From: Candidatus Saccharimonadota bacterium
Lineage (GTDB): Bacteria > Patescibacteriota > Saccharimonadia > CAILAD01 > BJGX01
DNA: 64,000 bases
NCBI GenBank assembly: GCA_016191105.1
Contig: JACPPH010000005.1
Coordinates: 721-64,720 of the forward strand
Direction of reading: 5' to 3'
Shown here: piece after piece, positions 11,240 through 23,368 of the stretch
How the letters are laid out: each line of letters opens with the position of its first letter
Position numbering within the stretch: the first letter of the stretch is position 1
Notes under the pieces: model-generated
Seen by the model: the letters and a program-made list of their open reading frames with translations, nothing else
Database searches by the model: none
Told to the model about the DNA's origin: nothing
Made by a program: the position numbers and the translations under genes

Positions 11240-13228
11240 GTGAGCTTGTTTAAACTTACATTCAAATACCAGGCAGCTGGTGATCAGCCCAAAGCCATAG
11301 AGCAGTTAAACAGTGGTTTGCGAACTGGCAACAAAGAGCAAACCCTACTTGGCATTACTGGTAGCGGCAAGACCTTTACTATGGCCAATGTGATTGCCGA
11401 TTATGGCCAGCCAACCTTAGTACTGAGCCACAACAAAACCTTAGCGGCTCAGCTGTATGGCGAGTTCAAAGAGTTTTTCCCGAACAACGCTGTGCACTAC
11501 TTTGTAAGCTACTTCGATTACTACCAGCCAGAGGCTTACATCCCGCGCAGTGATACCTATATCGAAAAAGACAGCGATATCAACGAAGAGATCGATAGGT
11601 TACGGCATGCTGCAACCGCAGGCCTGCTTAGTCGCAAAGATGTAATAATTGTGGCTTCGGTAAGCTGCATATATGGCATAGGCAGCATCGACGACTACAC
11701 TAGTATGACCATAACGCTAAAGAAAGACGAAAGGCGGGTACGCGATAAGTTGCTGCGGCAGCTTAACGACATACAGTATAGTCGCAATGATACAGCTTTT
11801 GAACGAGGCACGTTCCGCGTGCGCGGCGAGAACTTAGATATCTTTCCGGTTGGCGAAGAATCGGCGTATAGGGTGGAGTTTTTCGGTGATGAAGTCGAAA
11901 GTATTAAGCAAATTGATTATCTGACCGGCGAAGTCACAAGAACCCTAAACGAATACACGATTTTTCCAGCTAAGCACTACGTAACTCCGCGCGAGCAACT
12001 CGAGCGCGCAATCGTCAATATCAAAGCCGAGGCCGAGCAGCGGGTGGCCTGGTTTAAAGACAACGACATGCTAATTGAGGCTCAACGACTGGGTGAGCGG
12101 GTGCGCTACGACATTGAGATAATGGAACAAACAGGCTACGTAAAAGGCATTGAAAACTATGCCCGTTACTTAACCAACCGCGAACCAGGCGCCCAGCCGG
12201 CCACACTTATGGACTACTTCCCAGACGACTTTTTAATGTTGATTGACGAAAGTCATATGACCATTCCGCAAGTAGGCGGCATGTACAATGGCGACCGAGC
12301 CCGTAAACAAGTGCTGATAGATCATGGTTTTCGCTTGCCCAGCGCACTCGATAACCGTCCACTAACTTTTACCGAGTTTGAACGACATATTAATAACGTG
12401 GTGTATGTTTCGGCCACACCAGGCAGCTATGAACTAGCTCGCAGTCAACAAACGGTCGAGCAGATTATTCGCCCCACCGGCTTACTCGACCCGATTGTTG
12501 AGGTGCGTCCCAGCGAACACCAGGTAGACGATGTGATTGCCGAGATTCGTGATCGAGTGGGTAAAAAGCAGCGGGTGTTAGTAACAACTCTTACCAAGCG
12601 TATGGCCGAGGATCTAGCTGAATACCTGGCTGATCTTGGTATAAAAGTGCAATATCTGCATAGCGAGGTCGACACCTTTGAGCGAACCGACATTTTGCGT
12701 GATTTGCGCATGGGGGTTTATGATGTGTTGGTGGGTATAAACTTGTTACGCGAGGGCCTGGATTTGCCCGAAGTTAGCTTGGTGGCAATCATCGATGCCG
12801 ACAAAGAAGGTTTTTTGCGCTCCGAAACCAGCTTGATTCAAACTATTGGTCGGGCTGCCCGCCACCAAGAGGGCAAGGTTATAATGTATGCCGATAACAT
12901 AACCGGCAGCATGAGCCGAGCGATCGAAGTTACCAAAAAGCGCCGCAAGGTTCAAGAAGAGTACAACAAAAAGCACGACATTACCCCAACCACGGTGCAA
13001 AAAGCTATTACCGAGCGTATGCATGAAGAGGCTGAGGCCGAAACGGCCGATGTTAAGGCCATAGATTTTAAGAAGGTGCCCAAAGACGAGCTGGCGTTTT
13101 TAACCAAGCAGCTTACGGAGCAAATGGAGCTAGCGGCTGCTAACTTGCAATTCGAAAAAGCTGCCGAGCTGCGCGATCAAATTGAAGAGATCAAAGAGAT
13201 TCTAAAGGCTAAGAGGATAGGCAAATGA
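11240..13228 (+). CDS. uvrB: Excinuclease ABC subunit B
   Basis: [26 protein letters not shown]. Confidence 0.98.
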   Translation: MSLFKLTFKYQAAGDQPKAIEQLNSGLRTGNKEQTLLGITGSGKTFTMANVIADYGQPTLVLSHNKTLAAQLYGEFKEFFPNNAVHYFVSYFDYYQPEAYIPRSDTYIEKDSDINEEIDRLRHAATAGLLSRKDVIIVASVSCIYGIGSIDDYTSMTITLKKDERRVRDKLLRQLNDIQYSRNDTAFERGTFRVRGENLDIFPVGEESAYRVEFFGDEVESIKQIDYLTGEVTRTLNEYTIFPAKHYVTPREQLERAIVNIKAEAEQRVAWFKDNDMLIEAQRLGERVRYDIEIMEQTGYVKGIENYARYLTNREPGAQPATLMDYFPDDFLMLIDESHMTIPQVGGMYNGDRARKQVLIDHGFRLPSALDNRPLTFTEFERHINNVVYVSATPGSYELARSQQTVEQIIRPTGLLDPIVEVRPSEHQVDDVIAEIRDRVGKKQRVLVTTLTKRMAEDLAEYLADLGIKVQYLHSEVDTFERTDILRDLRMGVYDVLVGINLLREGLDLPEVSLVAIIDADKEGFLRSETSLIQTIGRAARHQEGKVIMYADNITGSMSRAIEVTKKRRKVQEEYNKKHDITPTTVQKAITERMHEEAEAETADVKAIDFKKVPKDELAFLTKQLTEQMELAAANLQFEKAAELRDQIEEIKEILKAKRIGK

Positions 13229-13452
13229 GTGTAGAAACTAATAACGATAATGCCAAAGATGCTAAGCCAGCCATGTCGGCCGACACCTTGGGGGATTTAA
13301 AAACTATGGCGGCGCGCACGTAGTTAGTCTAGAACCTGTGTTGAAATCATACTATGGCTCAATGAAAACAAATATTCAACACCATGCTTAACCCTTGAAC
13401 AATCTTGACAATAGGCGTACAATGGGTGGGTTTTAGTGCTAATGGACTAACA

Positions 13453-13511
13453 TTATTGTTCGAACAAAGTGAGAACTAAATAGTTCTCGTCGATTACTCC
13501 TCGAACAATAA
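13453..13511 (+). repeat. Structured intergenic repeat, copy 1
   Basis: ttattgttcga...gagaact-aaat-agttctc...tcgaacaataa. Confidence 0.85.
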
Positions 13512-13517
13512 ACTGCA

Positions 13518-16352
13518 GTGGAGAAAATTGTGGCTCAGAACGACAAGATAGTTATAAAAGGTGCCCGCGAACACAACCTAAAAAACATTGACCTTGAAAT
13601 CCCGCGCGACAAGCTGGTGGTGATTACCGGACTCTCCGGGAGCGGCAAATCGTCGTTGGCATTCGACACTATTTATGCCGAAGGTCAGCGACGCTATGTT
13701 GAGTCTTTGAGCGCCTATGCTCGACAGTTTTTGGGGTTAATGGAAAAGCCCGATGTCGATCAGATCGATGGTCTCAGCCCGGCCATTAGCATCGACCAAA
13801 AGTCGGCTAGTCGCAATCCGCGATCTACGGTTGCTACCGTTACCGAAATTTATGATTATTTGCGCTTGCTGTTTGCCCGCATTGGCACACCGCATGACCC
13901 AAATACCGGTGAGGTCTTAACTAAACAAACACCCACCGAGATTGTCGACAAAATCAAGGCTTACCAAAAGGACACCCGGATAATTTTACTGGCACCAATT
14001 GTGAAAGATAAAAAAGGCGAGCACCGACACTTGCTCGATGAAATCCAAAAGGCCGGCTACTCGAGAGTTCGTTTAGATGGCACAATTATGCCAATCGAAG
14101 AGGTGCCGAGTTTGGATCGTAACAAAAAGCACACCATCGAAGTGGCCGTTGACCGGATTGCGATCGACCCAAGCAACCCCCAGCGATTAGTAGAGGCCGT
14201 AGAGGCGGCACTCCACTTGGGCGAGGGCGTGATTACGGTCTTGAATTTCGACTCAGGCGAGGAACAGCTCTTTAGTGAGCATTACACAGCCGCCGGTAGC
14301 ACCTTTGCTTTGCCCGAGATCGAGCCACGCCTGTTTAGTTTTAATAGCCCGCACGGGGCTTGCCCAACCTGCATGGGCCTGGGCTCACTGTTGATAGTAG
14401 ACCCCGAGCTTATTGTGCCCAACAAAAAACTTAGTATTGCTGAGGGCGCCATTCGCCCCTGGAGTCGTACCACCCAGCGCCTCAATTGGTACACAAAATT
14501 GCTGGAGGCAGTTGCCAAAAAACATGGCTTTGATTTAAATGTGCCGGTTGAAATGCTAACCAAAGACAACCTATACATCCTATTTTATGGCACCGGCGAG
14601 GAGGTGGTGGGTGTGCCGGGGCCAGGTGGGCGAACTTACAAAACAAAATTTGAGGGTATAATCCCCAATCTCGAACGGCGTTATCGCGAAACCGACAGCG
14701 ATTTTGTAAAGCGTGAAATCGAAAAGTACATGACCACTCAGATTTGTGGAAGCTGCCAGGGCAAGCGCTTAAAGCCCGAGGTTTTGGCCATCACTATAGA
14801 CGACAAGTCTATTGCCGACGCCTCTGAGCTAACGGTTGAATCGGCCTTTGAATATTTTCAAAAGCTTAAGCTAAACCCCCAACAACAAAAAATTGCCAGC
14901 CAAATACTCAAAGAAATCTGTGCCCGTTTGCGGTTTTTGAATGACGTGGGTCTAAACTACCTTACTCTTGACCGTAGCGCCAATACTCTGGCGGGTGGCG
15001 AGGCCCAGCGGATTCGTTTGGCCACCCAAATAGGCTCTAGCTTAATGGGCGTGTTGTATATATTAGACGAGCCTTCAATTGGCCTGCATCAGCGCGACAA
15101 CGACCGGCTGATAACAACGCTTAAACGGCTGCGAGACTTGGGCAATACTGTAATTGTGGTCGAACACGACGAGGATACGATTTTGGCTAGCGACTACGTG
15201 ATCGACATAGGCCCTCTGGCCGGCGAGCATGGTGGCCAGGTTGTGGCGGTTGGTGCGCCCACTCAAATTGCAAAAGTTAAAGCATCCTTAACTGGTCAGT
15301 ACTTAAGCGGCCACAAGAAAATCGATGTACCTAGCAGTAGGCGCAAGCCCGATGGCCGCAGCTTAAAAATAGTTGGTGCTACCGAGCACAACCTAAAAGA
15401 CATAACTGTCGACATTCCACTGGGTATTATGACTGTTGTTACCGGTGTTTCTGGCAGTGGCAAGTCGAGCCTTATTAATGACATCTTGGCGCGCAAGTTG
15501 AGCCAGGAATACCACCGGTCTCAAGAACCAACTGGTAAATTCAAGTCTATCGAAGGTACCGAGAATCTCGACAAGGTAATTGATATCGACCAAAGCCCAA
15601 TTGGCCGCACTCCGCGTAGCAACCCCGCAACCTATACTGGTGCTTTCAACGACATACGCGAGCTATTTGCCATGGTGCCCGAGGCCAAGATCCGTGGTTA
15701 TTCGGCTGGCCGATTTAGTTTTAACGTAAAAGGAGGTAGGTGCGAGAACTGTAAGGGTGATGGAATTATCAAGATTGAAATGCACTTTTTGCCCGATGTT
15801 TATGTAACTTGCGATGTTTGTCATGGCAAACGGTATAATCGCGAGGCACTCGAGATTGTGTACAAGGGCAAAAACATCTCCGATGTTTTGGAGATGACGA
15901 TCGAGGAGGCCTGCAGCTTTTTTGGCAACATACCAACTATTAGTCGCAAGTTAGAAACCTTAAACAACGTCGGTTTAGGTTATGTTAAACTGGGCCAGCC
16001 AGCTACTACGCTGTCGGGCGGAGAAGCCCAACGTATTAAGTTGGCAGCCGAGCTGAGTCGAAGGGCCACCGGCCGCACACTATATATTTTAGATGAGCCC
16101 ACCACCGGCCTGCATTTCGAAGACGTGCGCAAACTCTTGGAAGTTTTGAATGCTCTAGTAGCCATGGGTAATTCGGTACTTATAATTGAACACAACCTAG
16201 ACGTTGTAAAATCAACTGACTGGGTGATCGACCTGGGTCCAGAGGGCGGCACCGGCGGTGGTGAGGTGGTGGCCCAGGGCACGCCCGAAGAGGTAGCCAA
16301 AGCCGCCAGGAGTTATACGGGTCAATATCTTAAGAAATTGCTAAAAAAATAG
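13518..16352 (+). CDS. uvrA: Excinuclease ABC subunit A
   Basis: GAREHNLKN, two Walker A GSGKSS, zinc fingers, LSGGEAQR. Confidence 0.98.
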   Translation: MEKIVAQNDKIVIKGAREHNLKNIDLEIPRDKLVVITGLSGSGKSSLAFDTIYAEGQRRYVESLSAYARQFLGLMEKPDVDQIDGLSPAISIDQKSASRNPRSTVATVTEIYDYLRLLFARIGTPHDPNTGEVLTKQTPTEIVDKIKAYQKDTRIILLAPIVKDKKGEHRHLLDEIQKAGYSRVRLDGTIMPIEEVPSLDRNKKHTIEVAVDRIAIDPSNPQRLVEAVEAALHLGEGVITVLNFDSGEEQLFSEHYTAAGSTFALPEIEPRLFSFNSPHGACPTCMGLGSLLIVDPELIVPNKKLSIAEGAIRPWSRTTQRLNWYTKLLEAVAKKHGFDLNVPVEMLTKDNLYILFYGTGEEVVGVPGPGGRTYKTKFEGIIPNLERRYRETDSDFVKREIEKYMTTQICGSCQGKRLKPEVLAITIDDKSIADASELTVESAFEYFQKLKLNPQQQKIASQILKEICARLRFLNDVGLNYLTLDRSANTLAGGEAQRIRLATQIGSSLMGVLYILDEPSIGLHQRDNDRLITTLKRLRDLGNTVIVVEHDEDTILASDYVIDIGPLAGEHGGQVVAVGAPTQIAKVKASLTGQYLSGHKKIDVPSSRRKPDGRSLKIVGATEHNLKDITVDIPLGIMTVVTGVSGSGKSSLINDILARKLSQEYHRSQEPTGKFKSIEGTENLDKVIDIDQSPIGRTPRSNPATYTGAFNDIRELFAMVPEAKIRGYSAGRFSFNVKGGRCENCKGDGIIKIEMHFLPDVYVTCDVCHGKRYNREALEIVYKGKNISDVLEMTIEEACSFFGNIPTISRKLETLNNVGLGYVKLGQPATTLSGGEAQRIKLAAELSRRATGRTLYILDEPTTGLHFEDVRKLLEVLNALVAMGNSVLIIEHNLDVVKSTDWVIDLGPEGGTGGGEVVAQGTPEEVAKAARSYTGQYLKKLLKK

Positions 16353-16385
16353 ACCAAACGGCCTTCTTATCTATTTGTCTGCAGG

Positions 16386-16417
16386 CCTAGACACTGTCGC
16401 CATTGACAGTGTCTAGG
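16386..16417. terminator. Strong hairpin between convergent uvrA and orphan 1
   Basis: cctagacactgtc-gccatt-gacagtgtctagg. Confidence 0.7.
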
Positions 16418-16435
16418 ACCCGATTTGTGGTTGCA

Positions 16436-16735
16436 TCACGATGCCCTCTTTTCCGGTGGGTCAGACTGCTTGGCTGGCGGGGTCGGTTCGGCTGAATGGA
16501 TCTTTCGCCAGCTCGCTATCTGTTCCAGCCAGTAGCTGTCGTCTTGTGCGATGTCGAACAGAAAACCGCTGGCGAGAGACCAAGGACGTGCCGACAGAAG
16601 ACCCCAGCTATCCCGACTGGGAGGTGGTTCCTCCGCTCTGAAATAGCTTTCAAGCAGGTCGACTAGCTGACGTCGGCGCACATCGTTGGGTTGACGCGCC
16701 AGCAGGTCCTCGAGCTCCATGTATACGTGCTGCAT
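16436..16735 (-). CDS. GC-rich orphan protein (orphan 1)
   Basis: SD AAAGGAGGTG just before ATG; promoter TTGCAA-16-TACAAT at 16803-16776. Confidence 0.7.
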   Translation of the reverse strand: MQHVYMELEDLLARQPNDVRRRQLVDLLESYFRAEEPPPSRDSWGLLSARPWSLASGFLFDIAQDDSYWLEQIASWRKIHSAEPTPPAKQSDPPEKRAS

Positions 16736-16806
16736 TTCACCTCCTTTCGAGGTGTAGGTACGGTTGGACAGCCCCATTGTAGAACAAATACCAAAAATTG
16801 CAAGCT

Positions 16807-17304
16807 CTAGAAGTTATCTGAGGTCTCGACTGCAAACCAATTGAACTGTAACTCGCTTTCTTGAGCCGGGTCAATCTGGATTTCGAAACCTTTTTCGGTA
16901 ACGTTAACAACACCGTATTTTGGCGATACTATACCGATTGGTGTTACATTTATTACTGGTGGTTTGGAATATGGCCTAGTGAATTCAAGCCTAAGATTGG
17001 TTTGGCCGGCAGGAATCTTAACTGTTCCGGCGGTGTTATTGCTGACGGTAATAGTATTACCAAAGCTGACCTTTGACTCAAAGCCAACGTTGTTCTTGAA
17101 CACCACCTTGTCTATAAAAGTTGCTAGCTTATAGAATACAGAACTATTTAAGAACTCGGCCGGCCCCGTAACTTTGATTGCACCATTGGCAAAAAGGGTG
17201 CCGTTGGCAGTTAAGTCTTTGGTGGTTGTGGCGTTCTGAACCGTGAAGTTGGAAAGGTCGGCTATCGAATTAGCTGCAGGGTCAGACGAAGCTCGTATAA
17301 CTAC
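16807..17304 (-). pseudogene. 5'-truncated fragment of a large surface/fibre-like protein
   Basis: Frame is open upstream of the called GTG to ~17304 with no credible start; C-terminus ...RPYSKPPVINVTP...FNWFAVE. Confidence 0.6.
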
Positions 17305-17917
17305 TTATTCGGACAGCTCGTGGACAACCGCAATCGATGGTACTGGCGCAGGTAGCTCGGGCGTAGTTGCGGCCAGTACGGCCAGCCAGATTACTGTTAG
17401 CGGTACTGTTGATGAGACATTAACATTTTGCACAGGCACCTCTGGCATAACAAGCTCGAGCTGTGCTGGAGCCACCGGTACCAGTGCTGGGCTCGGAACG
17501 CTTTCAACAAGCTCCGCTAAAACCAGCACTTCACAGATTGGCGTAGCAACAAACGCTGGCTCTGGCTATGCCATAACCTATACAGGAGCCACTCTAACCT
17601 CTGGCTCCAACACAATTGCTGCTTGTTCGTCTGGTTGCACCTCCTCGACAGGCTCAGGCCAATATGGCTTTAACCTAAGAGCTAACACTTCGCCATCGGT
17701 AGGGTCGAATCCAGCTGGAGCTGGTTTAGCCAACCCAGTTGCTAACTACAATACCAACAACACCTTTCGCTTTGCTACTGGTGACACGGTGGTGAGTAAT
17801 AGCAGCGCAGATGATTTTAGACTGTTTACAGTTGCCTACTTGGCTAACATAGCCAATACCACACCGGCAGGCATATATAGCTCGACTGTGACTTGGGTTG
17901 CAACACCAACTTTTTAA
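17290..17917 (+). pseudogene. 5'-truncated WxL-like Ser/Thr/Gly-rich surface protein
   Basis: ITVSGTVDETLTFC...TPAGIYSSTVTWVATPTF; no signal peptide; precedes DUF916-like gene. Confidence 0.6.
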
Positions 17918-17972
17918 GTGTAACTCACAAGTTGTTGGTGACAACTACCTAGAGCTCGTATAGAATTAGATT

Positions 17973-19052
17973 ATGACGCTAAGAATCAGACAGTTTTGTA
18001 GCTTTGGTGGGTTAACAATAATTATGGCTGTCGTCATGTTGGGTGGCTATGCTCATAAGGCTAAGGCTGAAGCGGGTCAGGCTTTGTCGATTTCGCCGCC
18101 ACTAGTAGAAGTAAAGAGTGATCCGGGCAAGCTTGAGAAGGTTTCTATTAAGGTCACCAATCTTTCGAGCGGTGAATTATTAGTTAAAAACCAAGTCAAT
18201 GACTTTGGTGCCAAAAATGAATCGGGCGAGCCCAATATTATATTCGACGACAACCAGAACGAACCTTACAGTTTGCGAAACTGGGTAGAGGCACCGGCGC
18301 CCTTTAAATTGGCCAGCCAACAGTCGCGGGTGGTGGAGTTTAAAATAAATGTACCCACCAACGCTGAGCCAGGCGGGCACTACGCCGTGTTTCGCTTTAC
18401 CGGCCAGGCTCCAGAATTAGAGCAGTCTGGGGTGGCGTTGTCAGCCAGCATTGGTTCGCTCATACTTTTGCGTGTCTCGGGCAATGTTTCTGAGCAGGCC
18501 AATTTGGTAAGTTTTTATAGTGCCAGCCGGCCACAATTTAGCAAGTCAGGTTTTTTTGAGAATGGTCCGATTGGTTTCGTAGAGCGAGTTCAAAATAATG
18601 GTAATATTCATGTCCAACCGACCGGTACAATAACTATCAAAGACATGTTTGGCCGGCAGGTTGCCAGCCTTAGAGTCAACGGCGAGCCGGCCAGCAAACA
18701 GAATCCGCCTCGCAGTGTATTGCCAAAAAGTATTCGTAAATTCGAGCAAATCTACGACAAAAAATGGCTCTTTGGATATTATAGCGCGACTCTAGATCTT
18801 ACTTATGGCTCAACCAATCAAACGCTGCGTGGCACCACTGGTTTTTGGGTAATACCATATAAGTTAGTGTTATTAGCGCTGTTAATTGTTGTGGTACTTG
18901 TGTTGCTGGCTCGCTGGTTACTCAGGCGCTACAAGGCTCATGTTGTAAAACAGATCCAAAAAAGCCAAGAACAAAATAATGGTTCTGACAGGCAAACTAA
19001 AAATCTAAGCGGCCACAAAAAGGTACGCCCCAAAAAGCGATCTAAGCTATAA
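17973..19052 (+). CDS. DUF916/WxL-interacting-like secreted protein with C-terminal TM
   Basis: Signal peptide, ALSISPP, VPTNAEPGGHYA, NNGNIHVQP, C-terminal TM and basic tail. Confidence 0.8.
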   Translation: MTLRIRQFCSFGGLTIIMAVVMLGGYAHKAKAEAGQALSISPPLVEVKSDPGKLEKVSIKVTNLSSGELLVKNQVNDFGAKNESGEPNIIFDDNQNEPYSLRNWVEAPAPFKLASQQSRVVEFKINVPTNAEPGGHYAVFRFTGQAPELEQSGVALSASIGSLILLRVSGNVSEQANLVSFYSASRPQFSKSGFFENGPIGFVERVQNNGNIHVQPTGTITIKDMFGRQVASLRVNGEPASKQNPPRSVLPKSIRKFEQIYDKKWLFGYYSATLDLTYGSTNQTLRGTTGFWVIPYKLVLLALLIVVVLVLLARWLLRRYKAHVVKQIQKSQEQNNGSDRQTKNLSGHKKVRPKKRSKL

Positions 19053-19059
19053 TTGCAGC

Positions 19060-20511
19060 GTGAAGAAGTCGTTGCAGCAAAAATTAAAAGAGCTTCCACT
19101 TAAACCAGGTGTCTATTTTTTTTACAACCAGGCTGGGGAAATTATTTACATTGGCAAGGCCTCGATATTAAAACGAAGAGTGGCTAGCTATTTTCAAAAA
19201 CACCACCGCGACTACAAAACCCCGCTATTAGTAGAAAACATTGCCAACACTAGCTGGATAGAGACGGACTCAGAAATTGAAGCCTTGTTTTTAGAGGCTG
19301 AATTTATTAAGCGCTATAAGCCGCTTTACAATGTGCTCGAAAAAGACGACAAAAACTTTATTTATGTACGTATTACCACTAACCAAGACTGGCCAGCTGT
19401 TAGCTTTGTGCGTCGCCCAAGCGATGACAGGGCGAGATATTTTGGGCCCTTTGTGCATGGCTATGCGGTCAAGAAGGCTCTACGGTATTTACGACGGATA
19501 TTCCCTTACTATGTAAAGCCAGAACGCAATATATCATCGAAGCTAGAACACCAGATAGGGGTGGTTCCCAAGCCAGATATGAATAAGACTGAATATCGCA
19601 AACTAGTGAAGCGGTTGATTTACGTACTCGAGGGCAAAACCTCGCAACTGCTTACGCAGCTCGAGCGCGAAATGAAAAAACTGGCTCAAGATAAAAGGTA
19701 TGAACAAGCCGCTGAGGCTCGCAATCAGTACTTGGCACTTAAGGCGCTTAGTACCAAAATAGTTTTTGGCACTCAAGAAAAATTCGATCTCACACTCGAC
19801 CAAGCTCTCAATGGTTTAGCTGATCGGCTAGGCCTAATGGGCGCACCAAGACGTATAGAGTGCTACGACATAAGTAACTTTGCTGGCGGCGATGCAGTTA
19901 GCAGCATGATAGTTTTTACCGACGGCGTGCCCAATCAAAGTGAGTACCGGCATTTTAAGATGCACAGTGTTGGCCCAAACGACTTTGCTATGATGCGCGA
20001 AACTTTGCGACGCCGTTTTTCTGGCCGTCACGATGCTTGGGCTAAGCCAGACTTGGTTGTGATTGATGGTGGCAAGGGGCAGCTTAGTTCGGCTTTGAAT
20101 GCCATGCAAGAGGTTGGCGTGGCGATACCAACGGTTGGTTTGGCCAAACGGCATGAGCAAATAATTCAGTTAGCTTCGAGCGCCACAACAGGCCTGCAGG
20201 CTGGTGAAAGGATAGAAGGCGATTACAAGATTATTGCTCTCAACCATGGATCGGCAACTTTGCAGCTAGTGCAGCGGATTCGCGATGAGGCTCATAGATT
20301 TGCTGTTAGCTATCACACCGCTGTGCGTAACCAGCGCACCAAAACATCGCAACTCGATGCTATCGCGGGCGTTGGCCCAGCTACTCGTAAAAAACTTGTT
20401 AAGCATTTTGGCAGCGTGGCCGGCATAAAGGCAGCCAGTCGGGCCGAACTAAGTGGCGTGGTGGGGCCCAAGCTAGCCAGCACAATTAAGGCCGACTTAG
20501 GCACCGTTTAG
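19060..20511 (+). CDS. uvrC: Excinuclease ABC subunit C
   Basis: PGVY..IYIGKA GIY-YIG, RIECYDISN, IDGGKGQL, RDEAHRFA, HhH. Confidence 0.97.
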   Translation: MKKSLQQKLKELPLKPGVYFFYNQAGEIIYIGKASILKRRVASYFQKHHRDYKTPLLVENIANTSWIETDSEIEALFLEAEFIKRYKPLYNVLEKDDKNFIYVRITTNQDWPAVSFVRRPSDDRARYFGPFVHGYAVKKALRYLRRIFPYYVKPERNISSKLEHQIGVVPKPDMNKTEYRKLVKRLIYVLEGKTSQLLTQLEREMKKLAQDKRYEQAAEARNQYLALKALSTKIVFGTQEKFDLTLDQALNGLADRLGLMGAPRRIECYDISNFAGGDAVSSMIVFTDGVPNQSEYRHFKMHSVGPNDFAMMRETLRRRFSGRHDAWAKPDLVVIDGGKGQLSSALNAMQEVGVAIPTVGLAKRHEQIIQLASSATTGLQAGERIEGDYKIIALNHGSATLQLVQRIRDEAHRFAVSYHTAVRNQRTKTSQLDAIAGVGPATRKKLVKHFGSVAGIKAASRAELSGVVGPKLASTIKADLGTV

Positions 20512-20548
20512 ACTACCATGCAATCTGAAAATATGGTAAAATAGCGAA

Positions 20549-20911
20549 ATGATAAAACGCTTGCTTTTGAGCTGGCTGGTGAATTTTTTGGGTCTCTGGG
20601 CAGCCGCTAGCCTATTGGTTGGCATACAGTATAATCAACAGCTAACGGTGCTCTTGATTGCTAGCTTGATTTTTGGTATTGTCAATGCGCTAGTGCGGCC
20701 AGTGGTGGTTATACTTAGCTTGCCAGCAATAGTAGTTACCATGGGGCTATTTACGCTCGTAGTAAACATGCTAATGCTTTACATTACTAGTGCTCTCTAT
20801 AAGCCATTTCAGGTTAACTCTGTTTGGGCAGCACTCGGTGCTGTGATTATTATCTGGGTCGTAAACTACCTAATGAACGATTTATTAGTTGAAGAAAAAC
20901 AAGAATTATGA
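20549..20911 (+). CDS. Phage holin family / YvlD-like membrane protein
   Basis: GIVNALVRP..LSLP..TMGLF..VVN. Confidence 0.85.
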   Translation: MIKRLLLSWLVNFLGLWAAASLLVGIQYNQQLTVLLIASLIFGIVNALVRPVVVILSLPAIVVTMGLFTLVVNMLMLYITSALYKPFQVNSVWAALGAVIIIWVVNYLMNDLLVEEKQEL

Positions 20912-21126
20912 AAAACATCCTACCCTACATAACAATTATCTCAGCCGTTCTTTTGATCGGTTGTGTTTTGTTACAAAACCAGGGTATGGGACTGGGCTCG
21001 GCTTTTGGCGGCGACAGTAGTTTTTACCGTTCAAAGCGGGGTATTGAGCGGATATTGTTTATAGCTACCATTATTCTAGCTATTATTTTTGTGGGCAGCA
21101 TCATAGGTAGCTTGGTTATTTACTAA
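20908..21126 (+). CDS. secG: Preprotein translocase subunit SecG
   Basis: VLLQ..GLGSAFGG..RSKRGIE. Confidence 0.92.
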   Translation: MKNILPYITIISAVLLIGCVLLQNQGMGLGSAFGGDSSFYRSKRGIERILFIATIILAIIFVGSIIGSLVIY

Positions 21127-21133
21127 ACAACCA

Positions 21134-22858
21134 ATGTGGAAGTATCTACGGTTTAAATTACGTCGTAAATCTCGCCGCATGTATTATCATCTTCACCTTT
21201 GGCGTATTTGGCTGTTGAACTACTTTAGTCGTCATATCTACGGTGGCTGGCAAAAGCTAGGTTCTATGCGAAGCGTAATGGTGGCTTGGCTGGGGTTAGT
21301 TTTGATTTGTTACTGGGGATTGCTGGTAGGCATTCAAAATCTCGATGCCCGCTATGTTGCCACAGTACCCGCCTATGGAGGTAATTATTCTGAAGGATTG
21401 ACCGGAGAGTTGAGATCTATGAATCCAATTTTTGCCGACAACTCGGCGTCCAAGGACATCTCGGCTTTAATATTTTCGGGCTTAACCAAGATCGACCCGA
21501 GCGGAGGCTATGCTGGTGATCTAGCCAACAATTGGGATGTAAGCCCAGACAAAAAGAGCTATACATTTTATCTTCGATCCAATGCCAAATGGCAAGATGG
21601 CCGTCCGGTAACAGCCGAGGATATAGCCTTTACGGTCTCTGTTATTCAAAACCCTGATACCCGCAGCCCATATAGCGCTGACTGGAAGGGTGTTCAGGCC
21701 GAAGTACTCAATAGCTCAACCGTACGCTTTAACTTGCCAGCCAGCTATAGCGAGTTTTTATACACGACTACGGTAGGGATATTGCCCAAACACATACTGG
21801 CCAATGTTAAACCTTCGTTGCTCAAGCTGCATGAATTCAATCAAAGACCAATCGGCAGCGGTCCGTATCGGTATGTAGGTGGGTCGGCCAATTCGGGAGT
21901 GGTTCGACTACAAGCATTTAGTGAGTTTTATATGGGTCGGCCATACATTCCAACCATGCAAATGTACATATACCCAACCGAGCGCGACCAGATTACGGCC
22001 TATGAGCGCAAAGAAATTATGGGTATTTCTCAAATAGAACCCCCAGACTACCAAACGCTTTCTAAAATTGAAAACCTTAAGCTATATCAGCTCAAGCAGC
22101 CGGCCTATGTGGCGGTGTTTTTCAACCTCAAAAACAGTAAGCTTACCAAGCCTCTTCGTCAAGCTCTAGCCTACGCCACCAATCGCGACACTATAGTAAG
22201 TGGAGTGCTGTACAGTCAGGGGGTGCGATCACAACTGCCATTGCCGGCCGGCTTTAGTGGTTTTACTGCTGACACCACCCGTTATGACTATAGTCAAGAT
22301 TTGGCACGCTCATCGCTAGCTACTGCTAAGGCACAAGACACCACTCTGAATCTTGTAACCCTAAAAGGCTCGGTCTACCAACAGGTAGCCGAATCGTTAA
22401 AAAAACAGTGGCAAGCAATAGGGGTTAATCTAAACATAAATGCAGTTGACGCCACGAGTTTGCAGCAAGACTATGTTCGACCCCGTAATTATGATCTACT
22501 GCTGTATGGCCAAAACCTGGGTGCTGGCTCAGACGAATATAGTTTTTGGCATTCCAGCCAAGTCGACGATCCTGGGTTAAATTTAAGCAGTTACAAGAAT
22601 AGTAATGTCGATCGCGATCTAGAAGCCGGGCGAATTGCCAAGGACCCTGCCTACAAAGCTAGCAAATACACAGATTTTTTAAAGCTCTGGAGTCAAGACG
22701 AGCCAGCCATAATCTTATACAATCCTTATTATGACTACGCGCAGAGTGTCGTGTTGAAGGGCTTTAACACAACCCGCATAATAGAGCCCCAAAACCGGTT
22801 CAACAATGTTTACAAATGGTACATAAATACCCGGCCGGCCCTAAAAGCCAGGCAGTAA
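21134..22858 (+). CDS. Peptide ABC transporter substrate-binding protein (family 5)
   Basis: FSGL, DLA..W, WQDG.PVTAED, PIGSGPY. Confidence 0.9.
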   Translation: MWKYLRFKLRRKSRRMYYHLHLWRIWLLNYFSRHIYGGWQKLGSMRSVMVAWLGLVLICYWGLLVGIQNLDARYVATVPAYGGNYSEGLTGELRSMNPIFADNSASKDISALIFSGLTKIDPSGGYAGDLANNWDVSPDKKSYTFYLRSNAKWQDGRPVTAEDIAFTVSVIQNPDTRSPYSADWKGVQAEVLNSSTVRFNLPASYSEFLYTTTVGILPKHILANVKPSLLKLHEFNQRPIGSGPYRYVGGSANSGVVRLQAFSEFYMGRPYIPTMQMYIYPTERDQITAYERKEIMGISQIEPPDYQTLSKIENLKLYQLKQPAYVAVFFNLKNSKLTKPLRQALAYATNRDTIVSGVLYSQGVRSQLPLPAGFSGFTADTTRYDYSQDLARSSLATAKAQDTTLNLVTLKGSVYQQVAESLKKQWQAIGVNLNINAVDATSLQQDYVRPRNYDLLLYGQNLGAGSDEYSFWHSSQVDDPGLNLSSYKNSNVDRDLEAGRIAKDPAYKASKYTDFLKLWSQDEPAIILYNPYYDYAQSVVLKGFNTTRIIEPQNRFNNVYKWYINTRPALKARQ

Positions 22859-23314
22859 TTATTTAGCTTTTTCCCAGTCTTCAACTACACCCAAGGCTAG
22901 TTGTTCAAGCTCTTGGAGATGGACAAGCTCTACTGGCCTCAACGACTGTCTGTTTATTTCGGCTAAATTATGATCACCCTCAAAGTGCTGTTGTGATAAT
23001 TTCTCTCTTGCGCAGGCATATACTACCCTTGGAATATTGGACCACTCAGTTGCTCCATAGCACATTAAACAAGGCTCCATCGATGAATACATAGTGGTAT
23101 CACTCAAGTCTGTTGTCTTAAGTTGGTGACAAGCTTTGCGGATGGCCTCAATTTCTGCGTGGCTGGTAGGGTCATTGAGCTGGTTGCCACTACTTACACC
23201 AGACGCGAGGATTTTGCTTTCTTTAACAACAATGGCGCCGGCGGGGAATCCGCCCCTTTCAACTGACTCCCGCGATAGCTCAATTGCTTTCTCTAAGTAA
23301 GCTCTATCATTCAT
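22859..23314 (-). CDS. Nucleoside/guanine deaminase (CDA fold)
   Basis: HAE...EPCLMC. Confidence 0.9.
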   Translation of the reverse strand: MNDRAYLEKAIELSRESVERGGFPAGAIVVKESKILASGVSSGNQLNDPTSHAEIEAIRKACHQLKTTDLSDTTMYSSMEPCLMCYGATEWSNIPRVVYACAREKLSQQHFEGDHNLAEINRQSLRPVELVHLQELEQLALGVVEDWEKAK

Positions 23315-23368
23315 AATTGCAGTGGTGTCTATCTACAACGAGGCTCGAACCTATTTCCAAGAAAAAGC

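Noticed and set aside
13225-13323. 32-codon ORF overlapping the uvrB stop
   Set aside because: Too short with no motif; unsupported.
13380-13520. LexA/SOS box upstream of uvrA
   Set aside because: No match to known boxes; the GTTCGAAC belongs to the dispersed repeat.
20549-20911. Holin as evidence of a prophage
   Set aside because: YvlD-type housekeeping membrane protein between uvrC and secG; no phage genes nearby.
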